From Candidatus Gottesmanbacteria bacterium (GTDB taxonomy: Bacteria; Patescibacteriota; Microgenomatia; UBA10105; UBA927): DNA of 31,573 nt. A program made the translations under genes and the position numbers. Positions 10,099-17,388 of the stretch are shown one piece after another. The DNA is taken from NCBI GenBank assembly GCA_016218185.1, contig JACREP010000046.1:1-31573 (forward strand), given 5' to 3'. Each line of letters opens with the position of its first letter. The stretch's first letter is position 1. The notes beneath the pieces are model-generated. The model saw nothing but the letters and a program-made list of their open reading frames with translations, made no database searches and was not told the origin of the DNA.

Positions 10099-11019
10099 AT
10101 GGCAGATTTAACGGTGACGTATTGCGGCGTGAAGTTTCCGAATCCCTTGGTGCTTCCGTCCGGTATCGCGCAGGAAATTCCGGCGGATCATGAGCGGGCA
10201 ATTAAAGCCGGAGCCGGGGGTATTACTACAAAATCATTAACCATTGAGTCGCGTGAGGGCAATCCACTCCCGCGGGTCGCGAAATATGAACAGGGGTTCC
10301 TCAATTCCGTGGGGCTCCGCGGGCCGGGAATAGAGAAAGGAAAGGTTTTGATTGAAGAATTTTTGAAAACCTCGCCGGTTCCCGTCATCGTGAGCGTTTT
10401 TGCAACAAGAGTAAAAGATTTTGAACGGTTTGCCGGGGAGCTTTGTCCGCTCAACCCGCCGCTTTTTGAGCTAAATCTTAGTTGCCCAAACGTTGATGAT
10501 ATGGGGAAGCCGTTGGGGTTGGGATGTGAGTCTTCCGCTGCCGCTGTCTCCGCGGTTAAAAAGATAGCCGGCAAGATACCAGTACTTGCGAAGCTTACTC
10601 CAAATGTCCCCAATATCGCGGAGGTTGCCCGCGCGTGCGAAGATGCGGGAGCCGACGGAATTGCCGCCATCAACACTGTCGGGCCCGGGATGCTCATAGA
10701 TATCACGCGAAGAAAGCCAATTTTGGGCGCAAAGCGCGGCGGAGTATCCGGACCAGCCATCAAACCCGTTGCTGTGCGCTGCGTGTATGATATTTATGAG
10801 GCAGTCAAGATACCGATTATCGGTATGGGCGGGGTGACCACATGGCAAGACGCCGTGGAAATGATGATGGCAGGAGCGACCCTCGTGGGGGTTGGCTCTG
10901 CTACGTACCTAAAAGGCTATGCGGTCTATGAGGAGATAAAGAAGGGTTTAGAGAAATACATGGACAAAGAAGGGCTAAAAAGCCTTAAACAACTTGTCGG
11001 CGTTGCACACGAACTATGA
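10099..11019 (+). CDS. pyrD: Dihydroorotate dehydrogenase, family 1 catalytic subunit
   Basis: GGITTKS, NSVGLRGPG, ELNLSCPN (catalytic Cys), KLTPN, INT, GGVSGPAIKP, IIGMGGV. Confidence 0.96.
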   Translation: MADLTVTYCGVKFPNPLVLPSGIAQEIPADHERAIKAGAGGITTKSLTIESREGNPLPRVAKYEQGFLNSVGLRGPGIEKGKVLIEEFLKTSPVPVIVSVFATRVKDFERFAGELCPLNPPLFELNLSCPNVDDMGKPLGLGCESSAAAVSAVKKIAGKIPVLAKLTPNVPNIAEVARACEDAGADGIAAINTVGPGMLIDITRRKPILGAKRGGVSGPAIKPVAVRCVYDIYEAVKIPIIGMGGVTTWQDAVEMMMAGATLVGVGSATYLKGYAVYEEIKKGLEKYMDKEGLKSLKQLVGVAHEL

Positions 11020-11609
11020 AATACAACATTGGTATTTTTGGATCGGCTGTGGAGGAGTCAAAAAAGATCATGGCAACAGCTCGACTGTTGGGAAAAATAT
11101 TGGGAAACCATGATCATTCAATCCGGCTTCTTTTTGGTGCGTGTCCAGGCGTGCCGTATGAAGTAGCCGCTGCGGCACAGGCAGCCAGTTCCGTCGAAAT
11201 CATAGGATTTTCTTCCGAAACATCGAGAGAAGCGCAGCTCAGCTATAGTCCGAAGGACAACCTGTCCATGTATACCAGTATTCGGTTCGTCCCGAAGGGT
11301 TTTGAATTTAGCGCCAATTCCGACGTCCGCAAAAAATACCGTAACGTGCTTTTAACCGCATCGGTTGATGCAGGCATCGTCGTTTCGGGACGATGGGGAA
11401 GCCTGAATGAGTTTACGGATCTGTATGATATGGGGAAAGTCATCGGCGTGTTGACCGGCACCGGCGGAGTTGCAGATGAACTTCCCTCCTTATCTAAAAA
11501 GATCCATAAACCCAGCAAGGCAGTAGTACTTTTTGACTCTTCACCGGAACAACTCGTAAAGCGCATTATTGAGGAACTAAAGCGTCGCACGTTGCCTAAG
11601 AGTTCGTAA
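11016..11609 (+). CDS. LOG/SLOG-family (TIGR00725-like) nucleotide-binding Rossmann-fold protein
   Basis: IGIFGSA start, GACPGVPYEVA, KYRNVLL..S.DAGIVVSGRWGSLNE (variant of PGGxGTxxE), GKVIGVLTGTGGVAD; ATGA overlap with pyrD stop. Confidence 0.75.
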   Translation: MKYNIGIFGSAVEESKKIMATARLLGKILGNHDHSIRLLFGACPGVPYEVAAAAQAASSVEIIGFSSETSREAQLSYSPKDNLSMYTSIRFVPKGFEFSANSDVRKKYRNVLLTASVDAGIVVSGRWGSLNEFTDLYDMGKVIGVLTGTGGVADELPSLSKKIHKPSKAVVLFDSSPEQLVKRIIEELKRRTLPKSS

Positions 11610-11620
11610 AGAGGTAAAAT
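11592..11620 (+). promoter_or_regulatory. Promoter upstream of hicB
   Basis: TTGCCT (11592-11597), 17 bp, TAAAAT (11615-11620); ATG follows 9 nt later. Confidence 0.6.
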
Positions 11621-11629
11621 GGGTTAGAT

Positions 11630-11905
11630 ATGCAAACGAACGTTCTTAACTATCGAATCATCCTCGAGCCAGATAAACGAACCGGCACAAATGAGGCCGG
11701 CTACGCTGCATATTGCCCGACGCTTGGATTGGCTGACGGAGGAGATACGATCGAAGAGGCAATTGCCAATATGAAAAAACTTATTGAATTTCACTTGGAG
11801 TGCTTAATAAAAGAAAAACAACCGTTGCCAGTAGATAGCGAAGAGGAAATTGTCGTAACGACAAAGGTGCACATACCAAAAGATCAAAACTTCTCGTTTG
11901 CATGA
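11630..11905 (+). CDS. hicB: HicB-family antitoxin, short form without DNA-binding domain
   Basis: YRIILEPD...GYAAYCPTLG...GDTIEEAIANMKKLIEFHLE, partial RNase H fold pattern; ATGA overlap with hicA. Confidence 0.85.
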   Translation: MQTNVLNYRIILEPDKRTGTNEAGYAAYCPTLGLADGGDTIEEAIANMKKLIEFHLECLIKEKQPLPVDSEEEIVVTTKVHIPKDQNFSFA

Positions 11906-12129
11906 GCAAAACACCACGCGGAGTAAAGCCTGCGGATGTACTTCGAGCCTTGAAAAAAGAAGGGTTTGGTGTTGACCGCCAGACCGGAAGCCATGCGCGG
12001 CTCAAGCACCCCGATGGCCGCGCGACAAGCATCGCACTCCATCATAAGCCCATGTTCCACGGGACGCTTCGGAAAATTCTCAAGGAAGTAGACATATCTG
12101 TTGAAAAGTTTCAGAAGCTGCTCAAATAG
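11902..12129 (+). CDS. hicA: HicA-family mRNA interferase toxin
   Basis: 75 aa, dsRBD-like: LRALKKEGF..DRQTGSHARLKHPDGR...HGTLRKILKE, with the catalytic GSH His. Confidence 0.92.
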   Translation: MSKTPRGVKPADVLRALKKEGFGVDRQTGSHARLKHPDGRATSIALHHKPMFHGTLRKILKEVDISVEKFQKLLK

Positions 12130-12138
12130 GAGAGTTTT

Positions 12139-12990
12139 ATGACGTTCTACCAAAAACTTAATGCGATTGTCCAAAAACAAAACTCGCTCGTGTGTGTGGG
12201 GTTGGATAGTGATATACAGAAAATCCCCAAGCATATACGCGTTGGAGAACACCCCCAAACAACCTTTAATAAGACGATTATCGACGCGACCCACGATCTG
12301 GTGTGTGCCTACAAGCCGAATGCGGCATTTTATGAAGCGCGCGGCAAAGCAGGGATTGAGGCGCTCAAAATGACCTGTGACTACCTGCGGGAGAAATATC
12401 CGGAAATAGTGCTTATTCTTGACGCGAAGAGGGCAGACATCGGAAGCACCAATGAAGGGTATGTGCAATTTGCTTTTGATTACCTGGGCGCTGACGCCAT
12501 CACCCTGCATCCTTACTTAGGGAAGGATGCGATACTTCCATTCCTTGAGCGGAAAGAGAAGGGGAGTTTTATTCTTTGCCGGACAAGTAACCCCGGCGCC
12601 GGCGAACTTCAAGACCTCACAGTAGTGAGGTCGCAGTCCTCCGAAGCGGGAGCGTTGGAGGGCAAGTCACTTTATCAAATAGTTGCCCAGAATGTTGTTA
12701 AAGACTGGAATTACAATGCGAACTGCGGTCTGGTGGTCGGCGCTACCTACCCTAGCGAACTTGAAATTGTACGACGTATTGTGGGTGATATGCCAATTCT
12801 TATTCCCGGCATCGGTGCGCAAGGCGGCGATGTGGAAAAGACGGTGAAAGCCGGTGTTGACAGTCAAGGCAAAAACGCTATTATCAACGCATCCCGTAGT
12901 ATCATTTTTGCCTCAAACGGCGAAGATTTTGCACAAATTGCGCGCAAAGAAGCGATGAAATTGCGAGATGAGATAAACAAATACCGTTAA
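12139..12990 (+). CDS. pyrF: Orotidine-5'-phosphate decarboxylase (subfamily 2) with an 11-aa insertion
   Basis: CVGLD, AYKPNAAFYE, LDAKRADIGST, RTSNPG, GLVVGAT, LIPGIGAQGG, NASRSI; AGGAG SD 6 nt upstream. Confidence 0.97.
   Translation: MTFYQKLNAIVQKQNSLVCVGLDSDIQKIPKHIRVGEHPQTTFNKTIIDATHDLVCAYKPNAAFYEARGKAGIEALKMTCDYLREKYPEIVLILDAKRADIGSTNEGYVQFAFDYLGADAITLHPYLGKDAILPFLERKEKGSFILCRTSNPGAGELQDLTVVRSQSSEAGALEGKSLYQIVAQNVVKDWNYNANCGLVVGATYPSELEIVRRIVGDMPILIPGIGAQGGDVEKTVKAGVDSQGKNAIINASRSIIFASNGEDFAQIARKEAMKLRDEINKYR
12625..12658 (-). repeat. Short element inserted in frame in pyrF, related to the purC insert
   Basis: Reverse complement of 12627-12658 = CCAACGCTCC-cgcttcg-GAGGAC-tgc-GACCTC, versus purC 28122-28154 CCAACGCTCC-tccgacgc-GAGGAC-gca-GACCTC. 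Confidence 0.65.
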
Positions 12991-12996
12991 CGTGTT

Positions 12997-13623
12997 ATGG
13001 AAGACGTTGTAACAATTCTTAAAAAAATTGGTGCGGTGATGACAGATAGTCATTTTGTGTACACGTCGGGTAAGCACGGGAGCGTGTATATCAATAAGGA
13101 TGCGCTGTACCCGCATACGATCGAGGCTTCAAAAGTGGGAAAGCTATTTGCGGAAAAATTTAAGAACGAACCTATCGATGCTATTGCGGCACCGGCATTG
13201 GGAGGCATTGTTCTTTCCCAGTGGACTGCGCATCATCTGTCGGAAATGAACGGCAAGGATGTATTGGGGCTGTATACCGAAAAAATGGAAGACGGGAGTC
13301 AGGTATTCCGCAGGGGGTATGACAAGCTGATTGCTGGCAAGAACGTATTGGTCATAGAAGATTTGACGACTACCGGCGGATCGGTCAAAAAGGTGGTTGA
13401 TGCGGTACGTGCCATCGGAGGCACAGTGATAGCAGTGTGCGTTATGGTTAACCGTGATCCCAAAAACGTGAACAGCGACACCGTCGGCGCGCCATTTTCT
13501 GCACTCGGGGTACTGCAGGCATCCGCGGTAGATGCAGCAGATTGCCAGCTTTGCAAAAAAGGCGTACCCATCAACACGAGTGTCGGCCACGGAAAGAAAT
13601 TTTTGGAAGAAAAGGGCAGTTGA
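12997..13623 (+). CDS. pyrE: Orotate phosphoribosyltransferase
   Basis: HFVYTSGKHGSVYINKD, PALGGIVL, PRPP motif VLVIEDLTTTGGSV, C-terminal CxxC; follows pyrF. Confidence 0.95.
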   Translation: MEDVVTILKKIGAVMTDSHFVYTSGKHGSVYINKDALYPHTIEASKVGKLFAEKFKNEPIDAIAAPALGGIVLSQWTAHHLSEMNGKDVLGLYTEKMEDGSQVFRRGYDKLIAGKNVLVIEDLTTTGGSVKKVVDAVRAIGGTVIAVCVMVNRDPKNVNSDTVGAPFSALGVLQASAVDAADCQLCKKGVPINTSVGHGKKFLEEKGS

Positions 13624-13648
13624 CAGCGTTCATTTCACGGTGTACGTT
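13620..13648 (+). promoter_or_regulatory. Putative internal promoter for the 93-aa ORF and upp
   Basis: TTGACA (13620-13625, overlapping the pyrE stop), 17 bp, TACGTT (13643-13648). Confidence 0.5.
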
Positions 13649-13657
13649 TAGTAAACT

Positions 13658-13939
13658 ATGATAACGGATGCGGATATCAAAAAACTCAGGAAAGTCTTTG
13701 TCACGAAAGGTGACCTTCAGGCAATGGAGGAGCGACAGGATCGAAAATACGCCACGAAGGATGGAGTAAGGGAAGATATTCGAAATCTTAAGGAAGACCT
13801 TCTTGATGCAATGAAAAAGCAAAAGGAAGAAATTATTGAATCGGTTGCCGAGGTGATACGTGATGGCATTAATCCGATCCTCGATGATCACGAAGGGCGC
13901 ATAGCAAAATTAGAGAAACGCATGCCTGCAATTGCGTAA
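13658..13939 (+). CDS. Hypothetical small coiled-coil protein (TKxD repeats, HExRIxxLE C-terminus)
   Basis: Fills the pyrE-upp gap on the operon strand; heptad pattern; FVTKGDL and YATKDG motifs. No catalytic motif. Confidence 0.75.
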   Translation: MITDADIKKLRKVFVTKGDLQAMEERQDRKYATKDGVREDIRNLKEDLLDAMKKQKEEIIESVAEVIRDGINPILDDHEGRIAKLEKRMPAIA

Positions 13940-13953
13940 TATAATCACCGTGT

Positions 13954-14583
13954 ATGACCTCAACGGCCATTACTGTTGTTACCCATCCACTCATTAATCA
14001 TTCCTTAACCATTCTTCGCGATAAAAGTACGCAAACGGAGGAATTCCGGCGGCATGCGGATGTGGTGTCAAAGGTGCTTTTGATTGAGGCAACGAAGCAC
14101 ATGCTTCTCAGGGAGAAAAAGATCGAGACCCCGCTGGCCCCTTTTGCCGGTAAAAAACTTAAAGACGATGTTATCGTCGTTCCGGTTCTGCGTGCAGGTT
14201 TGGCCATGCTTATCGCCCTTCGAGACTTGTTGCCCGCTGTATTGGTGGGTTTTATAGGACTTGAACGCGATGAGAAAACGGCAATCGCACGGGCCTATTA
14301 TGAAAAAATACCAAAAATATTTTCCACACATATAGTCCTCGTCATTGATCCTATGTTGGCAACGGGAGGTTCGATGGACGATACGCTTAAAGCGGTCAAA
14401 GGCAAGGGCGCCAAACGGATCGTTGCCGTTTCTATTGTTTCCGCGCCGGAAGGGATTAAACGGGTTACCGAGAAACATCCAGATGTCCCTATTGTCACTG
14501 CTGCCATTGACAGTCACCTCAATGACCGCGCCTACATCGTCCCGGGCCTGGGCGACTTCGGCGACCGATATTTTGGTACATAA
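13954..14583 (+). CDS. upp: Uracil phosphoribosyltransferase
   Basis: THPLINHSLTILRD, VPVLRAGL, VIDPMLATGGS, YIVPGLGDFGDRYFGT. Confidence 0.98.
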   Translation: MTSTAITVVTHPLINHSLTILRDKSTQTEEFRRHADVVSKVLLIEATKHMLLREKKIETPLAPFAGKKLKDDVIVVPVLRAGLAMLIALRDLLPAVLVGFIGLERDEKTAIARAYYEKIPKIFSTHIVLVIDPMLATGGSMDDTLKAVKGKGAKRIVAVSIVSAPEGIKRVTEKHPDVPIVTAAIDSHLNDRAYIVPGLGDFGDRYFGT

Positions 14584-14655
14584 ATATCGTCATATAAAAC
14601 TTCCTCAAAGTTATTTGTTAAGTAAAACCAAGTTTAGCGAATAAGAGTGGAAAAA

Positions 14656-14701
14656 ATCTACGACAAATTCATCAGCGGCCGCTGTCAAATTTGTAGTAGC
14701 T
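14656..14701. repeat. 46-bp palindromic element, copy at the 3' end of the PaaX-like gene (contains its stop codon)
   Basis: ATCTACGACAAAT-TCATCAGCGGCCGCTGTCAA-ATTTGTAGTAGCT; 39/46 identical to the reverse complement of 15518-15563. Confidence 0.9.
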
Positions 14702-15491
14702 GAAGCTTCGGAAGTATGAGTTGATATGCTTTGTCACCGTTCCACCACCGGGGAAGAAGCTCAAAAGGCAGTTGAGGGTCATCTTTGAGAATGGTGAGAA
14801 ATGCAATGAGCATCCAATGGTCGAGGTGTTCGGATCGTTTGGTTTCTTTGATCCATTCGGTATAACGATCGTTGAGTATGTCCAGCCGCCACACGCGAGC
14901 AACGAGGCTGCGGAGATCTTCTTCGCCGATGGACGCATCGCTTCCCATGTCAGATACAATGATGGTGCCGACTAAACGGTGTTCGTGAATAAATGTACGC
15001 AGGGTGTCAATAGGATTGTACGGCGTAATCCATACAGAGTATTGAAGCTTTGCGGCGCCGATAGTGCGAATGAAATCCCGAAGTGCATCGCGTTCCTTAT
15101 GCTGTTTCTCCGGTATATCGTACGTAATTATGTGCATACGGGCATCCCATACGCGCTTTTCGTCATAAACTGGGATAATTTTCGAAAGTCGGCGTCTGCC
15201 TTCCAGGGTAATTTCCGGAAGTGCATGGCGCCTGCGCACTGCTGGTGCAAGAAGTTTGCGGCGGCGCGCATGAGTGATGGCGCGCATGATCGTTTCGTAG
15301 TTCCATTGTGATAGAAATCGGTCAGCGGCAAGCTTTGCTCGGAACGCTACTGCATGGGGAGATTGAGGAAGTCCGAGTGTTGCCACATAAACTGCGATCC
15401 AAAGTGATAGATCGACAACCGTTGAAAATATTTGCGTACCCAGTGGATCTGTGGGAACGACCCACTGGGTTCCGGACGTTTTGGTTCCCAT
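14685..15491 (-). CDS. PaaX-family transcriptional regulator (wHTH part + Cas2-like ferredoxin-fold middle domain + PaaX_C)
   Basis: TIMRAITHARRRKLL...EITLEGRRRL (wHTH-like), WDARMHIITYDIPEKQ..ERDALR..I...GAAKLQYSVWITP, VWRLDILNDRY, DDPQLPFELLPRWWNG. Confidence 0.88.
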   Translation of the reverse strand: MGTKTSGTQWVVPTDPLGTQIFSTVVDLSLWIAVYVATLGLPQSPHAVAFRAKLAADRFLSQWNYETIMRAITHARRRKLLAPAVRRRHALPEITLEGRRRLSKIIPVYDEKRVWDARMHIITYDIPEKQHKERDALRDFIRTIGAAKLQYSVWITPYNPIDTLRTFIHEHRLVGTIIVSDMGSDASIGEEDLRSLVARVWRLDILNDRYTEWIKETKRSEHLDHWMLIAFLTILKDDPQLPFELLPRWWNGDKAYQLILPKLQLLQI

Positions 15492-15499
15492 ATGCGTTT

Positions 15500-15528
15500 A
15501 CTATAACAAAAATGTGAATCTACGACAA
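15500..15528 (-). promoter_or_regulatory. Promoter of the PaaX-like gene
   Basis: Minus strand TTGTCG, 17 bp, TG-n-TATAGT (extended -10); ATG 8 nt after the -10. The -35 lies inside the palindrome arm. Confidence 0.7.
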
Positions 15529-15563
15529 ATAGAACAACGGCCGCAGATGAATTTGTCGTAGAT
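15518..15563. repeat. 46-bp palindromic element, upstream copy (perfect 13-bp arms), candidate operator
   Basis: ATCTACGACAAAT-N20-ATTTGTCGTAGAT; overlaps the paaX-like -35 and ends 14 bp before the divergent purF -35. Confidence 0.9.
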
Positions 15564-15577
15564 ATAAAAGTGATGTA

Positions 15578-15607
15578 TTGACAGCGGTTTGCATTGTAGG
15601 GTATGCT
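15578..15607 (+). promoter_or_regulatory. Promoter of the pur operon
   Basis: TTGACA (15578-15583), 18 bp, TATGCT (15602-15607). Confidence 0.65.
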
Positions 15608-15618
15608 CCAGAAGGAAT

Positions 15619-15660
15619 ACGGTAATGCCCTTTGTTGCGATGAGGGAGTGCCGTTTTTTT
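15619..15660 (+). terminator. Terminator-like hairpin plus T7 in the purF leader
   Basis: ACGGTA (15619-15624) pairs with TGCCGT (15649-15654), inner CCCT/AGGG stem; T run 15654-15660. Confidence 0.55.
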
Positions 15661-15765
15661 ATTGCCTCTTTTTAAAACCAAGGTGTATTGGTTTGCGGTT
15701 AAAGCCAGAATCGTTACCTTTTAGTATTGATTGTAATATCTGGTTTACGCAGTTTATTTGGCAAT

Positions 15766-17325
15766 ATGATTGCTCCGACCGCCCTTGAAAAAAAACCTCT
15801 CTGGGACCACTGCGGAATCGTTGCCGCGTTTGCTCCAAGCAACATTGCGTTTTTTGAAAAAGGACTTGGCGGGCTTACTGTCTTGCAGACGCGCGGGTAT
15901 GACGGCGCGGGATTTTGTGCATTGGGGACGAACGGATTTCTCGTACAACACAAAGGGATTGGCATGGTGCGGGAAGTATTTACACCGGAAGTGGTTGCCG
16001 AATTTCAGGCGTTTCGTGCCCATACATGGATCTATCAGGTGCGTTATGGGACCAACGGCGGATTTACCCAAGACAATGTGCAGCCGCTGGTGACAAAACA
16101 TGAGGCAAGCGGGGATATCTTTATGGTCGTGCACAACGGGCAGTTTGCTCAAAACAGAGAGGCAAAACCGGTTAACGAGAGTGATACGTTGTTGTTTGCC
16201 CGGCGACTGGCCCAAAGTGCAGGAGGCAGTTGGGACGAACGGATTGTGGAACAGCTTTCCTCCATAAACGGCGCGTGGAGTTTAGTGATTGGAACCCGCG
16301 ATGCGCTGTATGTCGCCCGTGATCCGTGGGGGTTCCGCCCGCTCGTATACGGGCACCTGTGGGATCCGTCGCTACGGGAGTTTATTTGGGCTGCGGCGTC
16401 CGAAACAAGCGCATTGGATGCCATGGGGGTGACGGATCATTTTGAACTCCTGCCGGGGACTGTAGCGAAAGTCACATCTTCCGGATTGGAAATTTTGGAT
16501 AAAGTGAAGCACCGGCAACGGGCGCTTTGTATTTTTGAAAATATTTATCTTCATCATGGGGCAGGACGAGCCCATCTGCCGCGAACCAGTCCGCGTGCCA
16601 TCAAACGGTCCCCCACGGTAGATGACGTGCGGAGACGAAGCGGCAAAATTTTGGCGCGCGAGGCGCCGCTAACCAGAAGCGATGTGGATATGGTCATTGG
16701 CGTACCGGGTACGGGGATTGAGGGCGGTATGGCGTTTGCCAGGACACTGGATCTGCCGTACTTTCAGGCAATCACAGATAAAGAGACAAGCCTCACCGAG
16801 CAGAGAACTTTCATGACCGCCCGCATCGACAGCATTTATCAAAAAGTCCTGGATCACTTTAGGTTTGACGGGCAGGCTCTCAAAGGCCGGCGCGTCGTAC
16901 TGGTGGACGATTCCGTCGTCCGGGGGAATATCACCCGCGGCCTGGTGGGTCTCTTGAAGGAGCAGTATCACGTGTTGGCTGTTCATCTTCGTATTGTGAG
17001 CCCGCCGATTGACAAGGCATGCCATTTAGGCGTGAACACGAGGACTGCGGATGAGCTTATCGCTGCTCGTTTAAACGGCGATGTGGAAAAAATCCGTCAG
17101 TCGTTGGGAGCTGATTCTCTGGCCTATTTAAGCGGTCAGGGATTGAAAGAAGCCCTTACCGGCGACCCCCGTGCTTCTGGGTTTTGCATGGGGTGCATGG
17201 CCGGACACTTGCCGCCGTTTGATCCCTACGGAATGCCATATCGAAAGACCGGGCGCCCCGTTGTTTTCAAAAAACAAAACCTGCCGAAACTTTCCTATGA
17301 CCAACCGCAGAATTTTGTTTACTGA
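15766..17325 (+). CDS. purF: Amidophosphoribosyltransferase, propeptide and Fe-S type
   Basis: 15-aa propeptide then Cys (DH|CGIV), QTRG, VRYGT, HNG, ARDPWGFRPL, VDDSVVRG, Fe-S Cys pattern (CIFE, CHLG, CMGC). ATG 15766 preferred over TTG 15727. Confidence 0.96.
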   Translation: MIAPTALEKKPLWDHCGIVAAFAPSNIAFFEKGLGGLTVLQTRGYDGAGFCALGTNGFLVQHKGIGMVREVFTPEVVAEFQAFRAHTWIYQVRYGTNGGFTQDNVQPLVTKHEASGDIFMVVHNGQFAQNREAKPVNESDTLLFARRLAQSAGGSWDERIVEQLSSINGAWSLVIGTRDALYVARDPWGFRPLVYGHLWDPSLREFIWAAASETSALDAMGVTDHFELLPGTVAKVTSSGLEILDKVKHRQRALCIFENIYLHHGAGRAHLPRTSPRAIKRSPTVDDVRRRSGKILAREAPLTRSDVDMVIGVPGTGIEGGMAFARTLDLPYFQAITDKETSLTEQRTFMTARIDSIYQKVLDHFRFDGQALKGRRVVLVDDSVVRGNITRGLVGLLKEQYHVLAVHLRIVSPPIDKACHLGVNTRTADELIAARLNGDVEKIRQSLGADSLAYLSGQGLKEALTGDPRASGFCMGCMAGHLPPFDPYGMPYRKTGRPVVFKKQNLPKLSYDQPQNFVY

Positions 17326-17388
17326 CGGTACACACGTGTATACGTGTAACGGGACGTTCCGAGGCTGCCGCCCCAGGATAGGAGGAAT

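Noticed and set aside
13706-13718. AAGGTGACCTT resembling the carA-carB repeat unit
   Set aside because: One-nt centre instead of three, no flanking palindrome, and explained by the codons for KGDL.
14584-14655. AT-rich spacer after upp as a terminator, sRNA or promoter
   Set aside because: Only a 5-bp inverted repeat (AACTT-cctca-AAGTT) and no well-spaced -35/-10 pair on either strand.
14685-15491. Solo cas2 or CRISPR locus (YDIPE...LQYSVW resembles Cas2; palindromic repeats nearby)
   Set aside because: The Cas2-like segment is the middle domain of a 268-aa PaaX protein with a PaaX_C motif; no cas1; the palindromes are three scattered copies, not a repeat-spacer array.
14640-15580. Classical IS with terminal inverted repeats and target-site duplication
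   Set aside because: No DDE/HUH transposase motif; flanks (GGAAAAA versus ATAAAAG) show no convincing duplication. Mobility is kept only as a hypothesis.
15608-15765. Known purine, ZTP or PRPP riboswitch upstream of purF
   Set aside because: Conserved cores were not recognisable by eye; needs cmscan. Reported only as an orphan leader.
17332-17348. ACACGT-gtat-ACGTGT mini-hairpin and ACGTGTA direct repeat after purF
   Set aside because: Short, no U tract, no second copy; function cannot be supported.
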